IMG/VR virus record: IMGVR_UViG_3300029893_000001
Coordinates: 62,001-126,000 of that record
Length of the DNA stretch: 64,000 nucleotides
Strand: one strand, 5' to 3'
A program made the translations under genes and the position numbers. Each line of letters begins with the position of its first letter. The first letter of the stretch is position 1. The notes under the pieces were generated by a model, which was not told the origin of the DNA, did not search any database, and worked only from the letters and a program-made list of their open reading frames with translations. Positions 19,678 to 30,434 of the stretch are shown piece by piece.

Positions 19678-20070
19678 TCAGTTCTCTTGTCCGCCATAAG
19701 AACCCCTTTCCAGGTCAAAACGGCGATGTTGTAGCTGCTCGCAGGTATCCTGAGTCAACCCGACTTCAGCGAACGCTTCGTCCCATCGCGAGTTCTCAAC
19801 CTGCACGCGATTGTATAGCCCGCTAATATGAACTAGGTTGCCATGATCAGACAGCCAGTAGATACCGTCTGATTGTGGCTCGTTTGTGATGGATTGATTT
19901 TGTAGGGCCCAGCACCTAAATGGGCGCCCTTGAAAATCATACTGAACCACGACCCAGTCCGCTCCGAAATTATCAGCACTGCACGACGAGCAGCTACGCG
20001 CTGTACCTGCACATCCAGCAAACAGAACCAGCAACAAAACCCACGGACGCTCAAACAACCACTTTGACAT
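19678..20070 (-). CDS. putative lipoprotein
   Basis: Hydrophobic N-terminus ending FAGC. Confidence 0.6.
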   Translation of the reverse strand: MSKWLFERPWVLLLVLFAGCAGTARSCSSCSADNFGADWVVVQYDFQGRPFRCWALQNQSITNEPQSDGIYWLSDHGNLVHISGLYNRVQVENSRWDEAFAEVGLTQDTCEQLQHRRFDLERGSYGGQEN

Positions 20071-20077
20071 AGCTACC

Positions 20078-20596
20078 TCAAGAAGATTGGACCCACGTTG
20101 CTACGAATAGTTCGGGACACTCGGGGTGTACCTCTGTGCGCGCCAATCCCCATCCGTCTGTGAATCCCGGCCATAGAACGGTGCCATTAAGATCGTCCAG
20201 CTCGTCTGGGACATGCGTGATAAGACACTCTGAAGCATGCTTTAGGCCTTCACGATAGACCTGCTCACCACCCATGAGCCAAATGTCTTTTCCAGGAGCA
20301 AACTCAGCAGCACACCTAAGCGCGTCTTCCATGTCTCTTGCGATCATGGAGTTGGGATTGATGTTCTCCATCCCAATTTCAACGGGTGTTTTGGATGTGA
20401 TGACGATGTTCACCCGATTCGGTAGGGGTCGCATCTTAGGCAGAAGAGACTCCCAGGTCTTGCGTCCCATGATAACCGCATGGCCACTCGTCTGGTCCTT
20501 AAAGAACTTCAAGTCTCCCTTATAGAACCAGGGAATCTTATTGTCCTTCCCAATCACTCCCTGAGGATTGAATGCAACAATCATTTTGACAGTCAT
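20078..20596 (-). CDS. folA: dihydrofolate reductase
   Basis: IGKDNKIPW...D..FF, VIMGRKTWESL, PLPNR, GG. Confidence 0.95.
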   Translation of the reverse strand: MTVKMIVAFNPQGVIGKDNKIPWFYKGDLKFFKDQTSGHAVIMGRKTWESLLPKMRPLPNRVNIVITSKTPVEIGMENINPNSMIARDMEDALRCAAEFAPGKDIWLMGGEQVYREGLKHASECLITHVPDELDDLNGTVLWPGFTDGWGLARTEVHPECPELFVATWVQSS

Positions 20597-20879
20597 GGGT
20601 GCTCCTCATCTTTCAACGTGCACGACGCGATATCGCCAGTGGGATACAATTCCCACGACATACCAAACCACTCGCGGTCCTTAGGCGGTACGTGTTCATC
20701 GCAATACGCATGCATGTCAAGCGGATGCCACCAAGTCGCCTCGCGTCCGCAGTCAAGTGAGTGGACGCGGTGCCCACCAGAACCACGTAGCCAGCGCCCG
20801 AGGCACGTCGGTGCCTCGTTTTCGTATTCGGCACGTGCCAGTTCAGGAGCATCCGCAAAACGAGGACACATTGCCTTAG

Positions 20880-21221
20880 TCATGAAGGCTCCTCGTGCGA
20901 TCTTCGCATCGGACTCATGGGCAGTACCCGCTCGCCGCCCTTTCGAGCGTCAGACGAATCTTCAGAAAGCATCTTTAGCGCTTCTGCCTCACATATTTCA
21001 CACAGTTTGTCTGTGTCTGTAACCCCAGTGGCCGTTAGGTGCCCTACATACTTTCTGCAGAGCGTATCACGCGGCGGAAGAGCCCAGGGGATATACAGAG
21101 CTATATGATACTTCTTGTCAGAAGAGCCGTATAGCACCCCAAGCACTTGGCCATCAGCCAGTTCCCCGACTCTTGAGGTATTGCCTCGTTCTGGCGGACG
21201 CAGTATTTTGATCTTGTTCAT
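20880..21221 (-). CDS. hypothetical protein
   Basis: 113 aa within gene run. Confidence 0.5.
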   Translation of the reverse strand: MNKIKILRPPERGNTSRVGELADGQVLGVLYGSSDKKYHIALYIPWALPPRDTLCRKYVGHLTATGVTDTDKLCEICEAEALKMLSEDSSDARKGGERVLPMSPMRRSHEEPS

Positions 21222-21226
21222 CCCTG

Positions 21227-21808
21227 CTAGTCCGCGCGGCTTTCGTCTTCTTCCTTCAACTCGTCCAGCATGACACTAACCACGCCAGCAATTCGAGTGA
21301 CGCGAGCCTTGGCCCGATCACGAGCCTCACGGAGAAGCTGCTTCGCCTTCTTAATCCCGGAATTGTCTGCACAATACTGCACCAGCTCACGAAGAATCTT
21401 GTCCGAATCACCGTCAAGCATCAATTCTGTAATCTCGTCAACGGAAACAGTCTCTTCACTACGCTTTCGTTCGAGAAAGCCGTCAACCATTTGCTGTTGC
21501 TTGCGCTTCTTCGCCTCCCGATCGAATTCGTCATCAGTGATATCCTCGTCCTCAGGAGGCGGAGAAACAACGACTGGCTTGGCTGGTTTGGCAACAGGCA
21601 TAGGACGACGAGCCACAGGTGCGACAGTTTCTTCGTCATCCTCTTCGTCTTCATCGTCGATGTCGTCTTCGTCCTCATTCGTTGCGACTCGAACCTTCTG
21701 ATGTGACGTTGGTGTTGGCTCGTCCTCGTCCTCATAATCTTCGTCAAGGTCATCGATGTCTTCAAGAAGATCCTCGTCTTCGTCGTGAGCAGGCTTGAGC
21801 TTCGGCAT
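21227..21808 (-). CDS. highly acidic, low-complexity protein
   Basis: D/E-rich N-half, GAGGAG RBS. Confidence 0.7.
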   Translation of the reverse strand: MPKLKPAHDEDEDLLEDIDDLDEDYEDEDEPTPTSHQKVRVATNEDEDDIDDEDEEDDEETVAPVARRPMPVAKPAKPVVVSPPPEDEDITDDEFDREAKKRKQQQMVDGFLERKRSEETVSVDEITELMLDGDSDKILRELVQYCADNSGIKKAKQLLREARDRAKARVTRIAGVVSVMLDELKEEDESRAD

Positions 21809-21841
21809 CGTTGATTTCTCCTCAAGTAAGGGGACTATGAT

Positions 21842-22450
21842 TTACAGAGCACAACAGGCGTCGACTACATCCCAAAGTTCGTACTCTTCCTGATTACAGG
21901 AAAAGGGGCACTGGTCCTCTTTGCCCGGCAAAGCGAGGATAGAAGCAAAGGGCTTGACTTTTGGTCCTCGCACTAAATGCGTAACACAAGGCTCATCGCC
22001 ACACACTTCTACCTGATGATATGTGTTTTCGTCCAGGTAGTAACTGGATCCTGCCGACACATCAAAAGTCGATACCTTCAACGCCATTACGTAACGTTTT
22101 TCGTCCGGAGCGGCCACGCCAGGTGTGCATGAGTCGTATCGCAGTACAGCAGGCAGAGCGCCTTCTCTAGAATCTGGTATAACGTTAGGAACAATCTTCC
22201 AAACATGCGTTCGCAGCGTTCCACGTAGGACATGGGAGGTAAAGTGATACCGATGATCGTGGGGATTTTCAGCGACCGCCTTTATCCCCCAAAGGCTTTT
22301 GGACCAAAAAGGATGGTAGAAGTGATACCGGGTGTCGTCATCCATCTTCATCTGAACGAAACCCAGGCCAAAGAAATGAATCTTTGTACAATGAGCCCTC
22401 AGGTAATCGACGTCGAGTAATGGCTCTTTGTACTCAGGAAGAAGAGTCAT
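21842..22450 (-). CDS. cupin-fold protein
   Basis: PHDHRY.F.S.VL.G ... YHQV. Confidence 0.6.
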   Translation of the reverse strand: MTLLPEYKEPLLDVDYLRAHCTKIHFFGLGFVQMKMDDDTRYHFYHPFWSKSLWGIKAVAENPHDHRYHFTSHVLRGTLRTHVWKIVPNVIPDSREGALPAVLRYDSCTPGVAAPDEKRYVMALKVSTFDVSAGSSYYLDENTYHQVEVCGDEPCVTHLVRGPKVKPFASILALPGKEDQCPFSCNQEEYELWDVVDACCAL

Positions 22451-23487
22451 ACGGCTACCTCTGCTTTGATTGCAGGATGACACTGATAACCATCGAATTC
22501 GAAATCCTCAGCACCGCGACACAACCTAAGGAAGTCATCGATGGACCAATTCCTAGGATCTGTAGCCTCTGTAAGAGCAGACTGGTGCTCTCCCGGAGAC
22601 CTGTACATGACACCTGCTGCGCTGGGATTCTCCAGGTTGTTACTATAGGGAACTCGGTATTCGAAAGTCTTGATGCGAAGAGTAGGAAGGTTAAAAGGCT
22701 TCCTGCTTAGCTGCTCTTCGACTTGCGTCCCATGGTTCGAATAGATATGCACCGAACCAAACGTGTGAATGAACGTCCCCGGAGTCATGCCTGCGAGCCC
22801 TGCCATGATGTGCGTCAGTGCGGCGTAACTCGCGATGTTAAAAGGCACTCCAAGGAACACATCAGCGGATCTCTGGTAGAGCTGACAGTCTAGGAAGTAC
22901 CGCTCTCCTATGACCAGCGGGTCCTTTCGGACACTGAATTGGAAGAGTGTATGACATGGAGGTAGAGCTACCATGTCTGCCTCGAAGGGGTTCCAACCCG
23001 TTACGATGATTCGACGGGAGAACGGGTTTGTACGTAAGGTATTGAGAGCCTCAGCGATTTGGTCAAAACCGTTTCTCTTGTATAGCTTCTCGTCGTTCTC
23101 GTAATCATCATTAGCATCAGCGCCAAAGTTCCGCCATTGATGACCGTATACCGGTCCCAGTTCTCCTTCTGGGTACCCAAAACGATTGCATTGTTCGGCA
23201 GTCGCCCACTCATCCCAGATGTGAACGTTCTTCTCTTGAAGAAACTTGACGTGGGTCTGGCCTCTAAGCATCCAAAGAAGCTCTTCCACCAATCCTCGGT
23301 GGAACATTTTCTTTGTTGTGAGTAGAGGGAATCCTTTGCGTAAGTCAATTCTAAGCTGATATCCAAACAGATCCCGAATGCCTGCCCCTGTTCGGTCTGG
23401 CTTATCGTTTCCGTACTGAAGAATGTTACGAAGGAGATCGAGGTACTGCTCTTCGGCGCCTTGATTGAAATTGATTGAAAAGGTCAT
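22447..23487 (-). CDS. thyA: thymidylate synthase
   Basis: DRTG, FPLLTTKK, LGPVYG.QWR, ALPPCH, YQRSADVFLGVPFNIASY. Confidence 0.97.
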   Translation of the reverse strand: MTFSINFNQGAEEQYLDLLRNILQYGNDKPDRTGAGIRDLFGYQLRIDLRKGFPLLTTKKMFHRGLVEELLWMLRGQTHVKFLQEKNVHIWDEWATAEQCNRFGYPEGELGPVYGHQWRNFGADANDDYENDEKLYKRNGFDQIAEALNTLRTNPFSRRIIVTGWNPFEADMVALPPCHTLFQFSVRKDPLVIGERYFLDCQLYQRSADVFLGVPFNIASYAALTHIMAGLAGMTPGTFIHTFGSVHIYSNHGTQVEEQLSRKPFNLPTLRIKTFEYRVPYSNNLENPSAAGVMYRSPGEHQSALTEATDPRNWSIDDFLRLCRGAEDFEFDGYQCHPAIKAEVAV

Positions 23488-24116
23488 GTACCGAAGTTTA
23501 CAGATCCCTCAGCGTCAGACGGTCGGTGGTTTTGTAGGATCTGTACGCTCAACCATCGCGACACGATCCTTTGAGGGCAGAACGGTGCGCACTGAGGAGG
23601 GAAGAAATCCAGACAGCGCGAAGACGCAAACTGCACACATGTCAACGTCGATCAGACCACCGTCCTTCGTTGACATCTTTGGGTGCTTAACTGATACGAT
23701 CCAGGTATCTCGGTCGCATCGACGACCGCACTTGTCACACAACACAGCGCGCATTGTTACAAATCCTTAATGGCTTCTTGCCATTCCTGCTTGAGCTTCT
23801 GGATGTCCCCAACTACGTGGCGGTGTTCAATGTGCCCGATGCCGTTTACGATTACTCCAATACGGATCTTGCCCTCACCGAACTCTTCCATGTCTACGAT
23901 CGCGTCAGCCCGAACGAAAATCTTTAGCTGAGCCTCGGGATCGCTGAAGTGATGTTTCTCAAATTCGAGCACCTTCATCGGTGACCTCTTGTAAGGTGAT
24001 CTTGAGCTAAGATCTGAATCCATAATTGTGTACCCTGCCATTAGGCAGGGTCACGCATTGGGCATAGCCTGGCTCAAGTTGAATCGTCTGTATCAACCAG
24101 CGTAGCCTATACCGGC

Positions 24117-24635
24117 TCATGCGTGCCCGTTTTTCTTCATCTCAAGAATACGCTCCTGATACCTACGCAACTCGAAGTACGCCTCGACTGTCAGGAGGTC
24201 TTTCATGTCTTCATAGTCCGTCGAAGACTGAATTTGCTCCTTAATGAGCGTACTACTAACCGCAGAAAGCGCTGGGTCAGAAGGCAAGAGCACAGTCTGA
24301 ACATGAGGGCATAGCTTCATGTTTTCTAGTGCCAATTCTAGCTCTGTCTTCGCGTCGGTTTCGTTTCGTACTCCGCGAATAAGCGCAGAAGCTCCAATTC
24401 TGTCTGCGTATTTCACGACATACCCGGTCGTCGCGTCAACAGACACATGAGGCATATTATCGATGTAGCTTTGAATCAGCTTTACCCGCTCTCTAGAAGA
24501 GAACATGGGCTTCTTGTCTGGATTATCCGCCACAAGGATTCGAACGTGAGAGAAGAGACGACAGCCTTGAAGAACTACGCTGAAGTGTCCCCGAGTAAAG
24601 GGATCGAACGTGCCAGGATACACCGCCACCGTCAT
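24117..24635 (-). CDS. coaD: phosphopantetheine adenylyltransferase
   Basis: VYPGTFDPFTRGH, NPDKKPMFS, IRGVR, VSST. Confidence 0.9.
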   Translation of the reverse strand: MTVAVYPGTFDPFTRGHFSVVLQGCRLFSHVRILVADNPDKKPMFSSRERVKLIQSYIDNMPHVSVDATTGYVVKYADRIGASALIRGVRNETDAKTELELALENMKLCPHVQTVLLPSDPALSAVSSTLIKEQIQSSTDYEDMKDLLTVEAYFELRRYQERILEMKKNGHA

Positions 24636-25123
24636 TTGATTCTCTCTTTCAGGTAATTAACAAGCTTGAGAAGGTCTTCCAGCGTGTTGTCTTGTTTCAT
24701 CCTGTTTGCTTTGGATGAAATGATGCAGACATTTCCTGAGACGTAGCCCCTAGAGGGAATCAGTCTATCCAGACTAGGAGATCCATCATGAACTCTTCCG
24801 ACACCGAATTCCAGAGGAATTCCAAGGATTGGGCACAAGTCCGGGATAACTATATCTGACACTTGCAGGTCAAATGGTATCCCTCTTTTCTTTGCCCTCT
24901 TCTTAGTCTCAGCCCAAATCAGCTTAGCTGGATTGGTTGCCTTTAGTCTAGCCCGAGCGTTTCTCTTAGAGGCTGCTACTGCTTCAGGCGCTTCTTTTCT
25001 GTAGGTTCTAGCCCGCTCATTCAGCTTAGCTCGGTTCTTAGCAGCATAACGCCGAACAGTTCCTCTAGAGACTTCCTTCTCTCTTTCAGAGAGTTGGCTG
25101 TATGGGGTTCCTCTAGGGGCCAT
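24632..25123 (-). CDS. HNH-type homing endonuclease
   Basis: CPILGIPL...PSLDR..P..GY..GNV..IS..AN..K. Confidence 0.8.
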   Translation of the reverse strand: MAPRGTPYSQLSEREKEVSRGTVRRYAAKNRAKLNERARTYRKEAPEAVAASKRNARARLKATNPAKLIWAETKKRAKKRGIPFDLQVSDIVIPDLCPILGIPLEFGVGRVHDGSPSLDRLIPSRGYVSGNVCIISSKANRMKQDNTLEDLLKLVNYLKERIK

Positions 25124-25410
25124 TGCTACGATTCCGTCGTCTTCATTGTGTCGTTGAGGTGCTGATAATGGTCAGCTACCGAGGTCGGAATGCACCTTCG
25201 AATCGAACCCTCCTCTTTAGTTGGACAAATTCAAAGCAACCATCCTTGGACGGGATTCCGTCGGGACGGAGCGCTAACGGCTGGTCACTTTCGTACCCGC
25301 ACTCCGATTTAGGGTCGGCGCGTTGTGCACACCATTCCATTGCCTCGAACGTGCAAGTGGCTGTACAGTGGTCGCAAACCCACTGCTCATACCCTTCAGG
25401 AATCACGGCC

Positions 25411-25950
25411 TCAATACCCTGTCACCTTTGCTTCGTCGATTTTCGGGGAACGCTTGGAGCGTCCAGGCTCCTCAGAAATGAGGTTCGCAAGCATCACCAT
25501 ATCCGGCCGATCCTTCTCCCGGATGTTCGGAATGAGACACTTCATAGCAAGCACGTGACGTAGACTCTGAACTTTGTAGCCATCAAATTCGTCCGCCTCG
25601 CCAACGAGGTCTTCCCACGTCAAGCTCCACACGCGAGGAACCGAATAGAATACGTCGATTCCATCGATGCTCACAGACAACCTGTTGCCTTCTCGTGGAA
25701 ACTTACTGCTCAGTTTGGAGGCCAAGGATGGGCTGACCACAATGTCAAGGTCACGAACATCACGAATGCCGCGGAAAGCTAGTGCTGCCGACCCAGAAAG
25801 AACAAAGTGTTCACGCTCCCAATCCCTGGGAATGCGGTCCAATAATTCGTCGAGGCACGGAGTAGCTGCCTTCTTCTTACGTCGGCTGTACCACATAAAA
25901 GAAAGAGCAAACACTGTCAGTGCAAGTCCAATGTAGAGTCCTGAAAGCAT
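25411..25950 (-). CDS. nucleotidyltransferase-fold protein with N-terminal TM
   Basis: GSAALAFRGIRDVRDLD and C-terminal REKD. Confidence 0.6.
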   Translation of the reverse strand: MLSGLYIGLALTVFALSFMWYSRRKKKAATPCLDELLDRIPRDWEREHFVLSGSAALAFRGIRDVRDLDIVVSPSLASKLSSKFPREGNRLSVSIDGIDVFYSVPRVWSLTWEDLVGEADEFDGYKVQSLRHVLAMKCLIPNIREKDRPDMVMLANLISEEPGRSKRSPKIDEAKVTGY

Positions 25951-26171
25951 CGCCTATACCCTCCAAAGCAAACGCCCCTACCCATCCAGAGTAGGGGCGG
26001 AAAGTGCTTTACAGGACTAGGGCTCAGCGGCGGCGAACAGGTATGTAAGGCCGAGACTTCTGCAAGTCCGCATCAGCCTTTAGCAGTGCTTGCCTGAACG
26101 CCTCCGGCGACGGACCCGTCGATCGCGCAAAGCTCTCGGGGTCCATGCTCACAAACAACTCCTTGGGGTCA

Positions 26172-26549
26172 TTACTCGTCAATAGTACCTCCCAACGGGT
26201 TCAGCCACGGCACATCGCTAAGACGGCGAAGGAAGCGAAAAAGACCGTCAAAACGACTGCCAATGTTGTTGATGGGGTCATCCTTCTGTGGATTATTCGG
26301 GATGTAAAGCGCCTGAGCTAAATCCTCCACGTGTTCGTGTAGCGTCATCCCCAGGGGCTCGTCTACGAGCCGCATGTTCGGACAACGCTTCCGAACTTTG
26401 TTTGCAAGTTGTCTAGCTTTCCTCGCCAACCGGATGCGTTGTCTGCGATGTTGTTCGAATTCACTGTAGACCTCCTTTGCTTCTCGAAGTAGATTGTCAA
26501 TCTCGCGTAGCCGTCGGACACGCGAGGGCTTGAGAAGGAGCGCATCCAT
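26172..26549 (-). CDS. hypothetical protein
   Basis: ORF downstream of TGTTATCTT element. Confidence 0.55.
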   Translation of the reverse strand: MDALLLKPSRVRRLREIDNLLREAKEVYSEFEQHRRQRIRLARKARQLANKVRKRCPNMRLVDEPLGMTLHEHVEDLAQALYIPNNPQKDDPINNIGSRFDGLFRFLRRLSDVPWLNPLGGTIDE

Positions 26550-26581
26550 GTCTAAAAGATAACATGGATTAGCGGAGGAGA

Positions 26582-27079
26582 TCAAACAGCCGGAAGAAAA
26601 TGCCAGTACGGTGAGCTTTCGCGGTCAGCGCATAGGTATCGCAGCTCGATCGCCGAAAGATTCTGCAACTTGTAATCCAGCATCGCCTCCGGCAGACGCG
26701 TCAACAACGAAGGTGCGAATCTGTAGACTCTGGCCACAGGGCTGCACCCACAACTCGCCCACATGTATTCAACATTCAGCCCTGCTTCGAGCAGTGCTCG
26801 GTCAATCTGCCAATACCTAGATAGCCGTCGTTCATGAACAAGAACATACCGATATCTAGCCTCTCGCACGTCTCTAACGTGAGGCTCTTGCGGTAATCCA
26901 CGTGCCTCGGCCTCTTCTCTTGCTACATGAAGAGCGCGCCGAAGCGGAACCTTGTGAACGTGATGATGATCTCGTGCCAGTTTAAGAGCGCAGCGAACTG
27001 AGCACGGGCCATCGCCGTCGGTATAGATTGAACTGAAACCACACACAGGACAAGCCGGGACCGACGCCTGAGGTTTCAT
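26582..27079 (-). CDS. hypothetical zinc-finger protein
   Basis: CPVC...CSVRC. Confidence 0.55.
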   Translation of the reverse strand: MKPQASVPACPVCGFSSIYTDGDGPCSVRCALKLARDHHHVHKVPLRRALHVAREEAEARGLPQEPHVRDVREARYRYVLVHERRLSRYWQIDRALLEAGLNVEYMWASCGCSPVARVYRFAPSLLTRLPEAMLDYKLQNLSAIELRYLCADRESSPYWHFLPAV

Positions 27080-27163
27080 GGGGAATAGCCTTCCCCGAAG
27101 GTAGCACTAGCTAGGCTCATCACCACTACTCTAACCTAGATAAGGAGCGCCACAAGGAAATGT

Positions 27164-27613
27164 TCAGTCAGAGCTTCCGGCGATGAATCGAATGTGCATA
27201 GGCTTGACGTTGCACCGATAAGAACCATCATCGTGTTCAACGTCGTAAAGCCAAGCGTTCTCAGTAACGCCCATACAAGCAATGCCGTTGGCGTAGTTAT
27301 CCAGCATTTCGCGAGTGACTCGTCTCTTGTCTCTCACACGACCAAGAGCCTTCCTCCCGTTGCCGTCATCGCATTCGACCAGATCATTAATTTCGATGTC
27401 GGTAGGGTCGGTGGAACGCCCAGAGTGAGCTATGATATCACGGCAGAGGCGCAATGTGTCAAGCACATACTGTCTCCCCTCTGCTGTATTCTCTTCGATG
27501 AGACGAACCATATCTCCGGCCGTATATGTTCGTTCGACCGTTGTCCAAACTCGCCTATTAGCAGGAAGTTCTCGCAGCAAACCAATTACAACTTCATGAA
27601 CAGAAGAAAACAT
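27164..27613 (-). CDS. hypothetical protein
   Basis: GGAG RBS, 149 aa. Confidence 0.55.
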   Translation of the reverse strand: MFSSVHEVVIGLLRELPANRRVWTTVERTYTAGDMVRLIEENTAEGRQYVLDTLRLCRDIIAHSGRSTDPTDIEINDLVECDDGNGRKALGRVRDKRRVTREMLDNYANGIACMGVTENAWLYDVEHDDGSYRCNVKPMHIRFIAGSSD

Positions 27614-27625
27614 CTAAGTCTCCAA

Positions 27626-27710
27626 TAGGGGCGGAGGGAGTCGAACCCTCATGAGCCTTGCGGCTCTTTGGATTTTAAGTCCATAGCGTCTGCCATTCCG
27701 CCACGCCCCC
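27626..27710 (-). tRNA. tRNA-Leu(TAA)
   Basis: Class II cloverleaf, loop CTTAAAA. Confidence 0.92.
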
Positions 27711-27741
27711 TTTTAGGGTGGAGTAAGTATATCTCCTATCC

Positions 27742-28128
27742 TCAATCTACGCCAGGCAGCGTAATTGCGAATCGCGCTACGGCTGCATCGATGATTTCGA
27801 AGAACTTGGCAGTGCCCTCGTGTGGCAGGTATTCGTCTGCTTCATCGTCGTATGCAACCCAAGCGAAGAACATGCCTTTCAGGAGCTTGGCCTGCTTCGC
27901 TGCTGCCTCTAAGGAGTAGAGCCACGGTGAAGCAAGCTCACCCGCCACACCATTCTCACCATCGTCGTCCAAGTAGTCGATCGTCAGAACGATACGAAAC
28001 CAAACGTCGCCTTTGAAAAGCTCAGACGTCTTCACCTCTGCGGAGGGAACACGCGTCTCCACATGTGCTTCGAACATCCAGGGGCCCAGTTGAGCCTTCG
28101 GCCCTTCGACCTGCATTTCCGTGCTCAT
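27742..28128 (-). CDS. hypothetical protein
   Basis: 128 aa, ATGA overlap. Confidence 0.6.
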   Translation of the reverse strand: MSTEMQVEGPKAQLGPWMFEAHVETRVPSAEVKTSELFKGDVWFRIVLTIDYLDDDGENGVAGELASPWLYSLEAAAKQAKLLKGMFFAWVAYDDEADEYLPHEGTAKFFEIIDAAVARFAITLPGVD

Positions 28129-28511
28129 TCTTCCTCACCTTCGTCCTCAAATCGAATAGAGGCCCCGCCAAGCATAGCACCTCCCCAAGGAACCAGAGAA
28201 CCGAACCGAGTCTCCACGTCCTCAGGATTGATATTTTCACCCTCCGTGGGGTTCTGCTTTTTGGGCGGTCTCTTACGTGGCTTTGTTTTCATGGTGGCTA
28301 AAGCAGCATTGGCTTTCTTGGCCCAGTCAGTGTTCGCTGTCATCTTCTTCCTCTTCGTCGGGGCTATATGGGGAACACGTCTTGTCAGGATTATGGGCCC
28401 ACCCACATACTGGGCACTTTTCCCAACTGAAGGGCATCATATCCTCGTCGCTGAAATCGATATCCATTAGGACCTCCATTACTCCGGAGATCCTTTACAG
28501 CGACGAGGAAA

Positions 28512-30035
28512 TCAGACGTTCGGCTTGCCCAACGCTTGACGGACAGCCGCCTTACTCAACTCAGCCGTCTCGCGCTTAATGCGGTCCATGGTTTCGGAAG
28601 ACGTGTTCGTCGTGAGAAGAACAACGTCGTCGCGGTAGGGTAGGTCCTTCTCTCGAAGGCCAGCCCGAAGGCTGTCCGCCGCACGTTCTACCTCAGATTT
28701 GTCCCAAAAGCAGCCTTCGTTCTGAGACATTCGAAGCGAAGTAAGCGCTCTCGCTTTCCGCACGTAGTCGACTCCAACCGGAACCAAACCTTCGTCTGCT
28801 TGAAGGACCCTCTCTGCCCTCTCGTCCAGTATCCCCGTGTTATGATCTGAGTTGGACGATGGAGGAGTCCAGGGGCCGCCGTGCAGGACAAGAAGATTCC
28901 CGATGGGAGGATCAGAGTTCTTCAACCACATTTTGCGGCCTGGGAGAGAAGACTTTGCTCCAGACATCTTCATGACCGGACAACCGTCGACTTCCACGAG
29001 CTTGTATACAAATCCCATGCTGAAATCAGGGGACGCAAGCCGACTTCCAATACCAATTCCGTCGACTAGCGGTAGCACCCCAGCAATCCGCAGCTCCCTG
29101 ATCAACGGTTCCGCAAAGTCGCCAGAGACAATGATCTTCGTCTCAGTAAACCCCATCATGTCGAGCAGTCGACGCACCGCAGGGAGGGTCTCTGTCCAAA
29201 CCCCAGAATCCAAGCGAACTGCCTTCAGAGGAATTTGAGTCTCAAACGAGGCACGCATAGCGTTAGCGACACCGGCCATGATGTCGAACGTGTCGACGAG
29301 AAGAACATGCGTTTCAGGGTAAGTTCGAATGAACTCCTTGAAAGCACGCAGCTCGCCCTGCATTCCGTAAGACAGAACGTACGCATGCGCCATCGTTCCA
29401 CTGACCGGCACGTGATAGACACGTCCTGCCTCTAGATTCGAGGTAGCATCAAAGCCCCCAATCACAGCCGCCACTGCGGTGTGTACGGCCGCCGCCTCAT
29501 CCTGACGGCGAGTAGAAAAATCGATCAGCTTCATCTCGCCAGCCACATTTCGAATTTTTCGAGCCAGCGTAGCCGCTCGTACCGAAGAATTCAGAATGCT
29601 CAGGATTGGAGTCTCCAGCATGTGAACTGCACCGATAGGACCCGTGACTTGGACGGTCGGGAAATCCCAGTAAAGAATTTCGCCGTCCCGGACATACGAG
29701 ACCTCAAGACTTGCCAATTCTTGAGGAAAGGTCTCACGCAGATAGGTCTCGAACGGTTCAAACTCATCATCAGAGACCCTCAGAACGTGGTTCTGAATAT
29801 AAGCCATATCGTCATACGAGAACGGGTCCCTGAACTCTGATGAGTTCAGCATCTCATTGAGACGGTAGGCTCCAGCCATGATGACAGTATCGATGTCTTC
29901 AGTACCCCCGGGATAGCGAGTATGTGGGTACCTACGGAAGAAAGCCTCCGCAGTTGCCAGAGTCGAGGCACGTCCATTCTTCCAATGCGCGTAAAGCATC
30001 GAAAGTTGGTAGGCGTCGTTGTGGAAAATGTTCAT
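28512..30035 (-). CDS. pncB: nicotinate phosphoribosyltransferase
   Basis: DAYQLSM, DFSTRR, TSN, GTMAH, LVDTFD, RLDSG, VYKLVE. Confidence 0.92.
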   Translation of the reverse strand: MNIFHNDAYQLSMLYAHWKNGRASTLATAEAFFRRYPHTRYPGGTEDIDTVIMAGAYRLNEMLNSSEFRDPFSYDDMAYIQNHVLRVSDDEFEPFETYLRETFPQELASLEVSYVRDGEILYWDFPTVQVTGPIGAVHMLETPILSILNSSVRAATLARKIRNVAGEMKLIDFSTRRQDEAAAVHTAVAAVIGGFDATSNLEAGRVYHVPVSGTMAHAYVLSYGMQGELRAFKEFIRTYPETHVLLVDTFDIMAGVANAMRASFETQIPLKAVRLDSGVWTETLPAVRRLLDMMGFTETKIIVSGDFAEPLIRELRIAGVLPLVDGIGIGSRLASPDFSMGFVYKLVEVDGCPVMKMSGAKSSLPGRKMWLKNSDPPIGNLLVLHGGPWTPPSSNSDHNTGILDERAERVLQADEGLVPVGVDYVRKARALTSLRMSQNEGCFWDKSEVERAADSLRAGLREKDLPYRDDVVLLTTNTSSETMDRIKRETAELSKAAVRQALGKPNV

Positions 30036-30434
30036 ACTTGTCGATCCTCGAACTCGAACGTCTTCGTCTTGGTGTTGTACCAAACCTTGTTGGCTCGGTA
30101 ATACCGGTCAAGCTGCTCAGAGCTAAGGCTCCAGAGCGCTTTCTGAACGGTATCCTTCAGGTCACCAGAGATATCCGCTGTACGGTCATCCCTAGCCTTT
30201 ACTAGAATCCTTGTCACTACCAGTCTCCCTGAATATAGTGCTCAGCGCTTGCGTAAACGATGACGTTTTGGCCGCAATCAGGACACTTTCCGAAGAATCT
30301 GGGGAAGTGTTTTCGTACCTCGTCTGAGGACATGTTGTGCGCTGCAGAAGAGTCATAGTGTGGAACGCATTTTTGGTGCGTGCATTCCGGATACTCTCCC
30401 GAAAGGATTGTTATTCCATCAGGGCCAATGATTG

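Noticed and set aside
24030-24115. Hairpins downstream of coaD (ACCCTGCC-TAAT-GGCAGGGT)
   Set aside because: Adequately explained as a terminator or stabilising hairpin; too little evidence for a distinct ncRNA.
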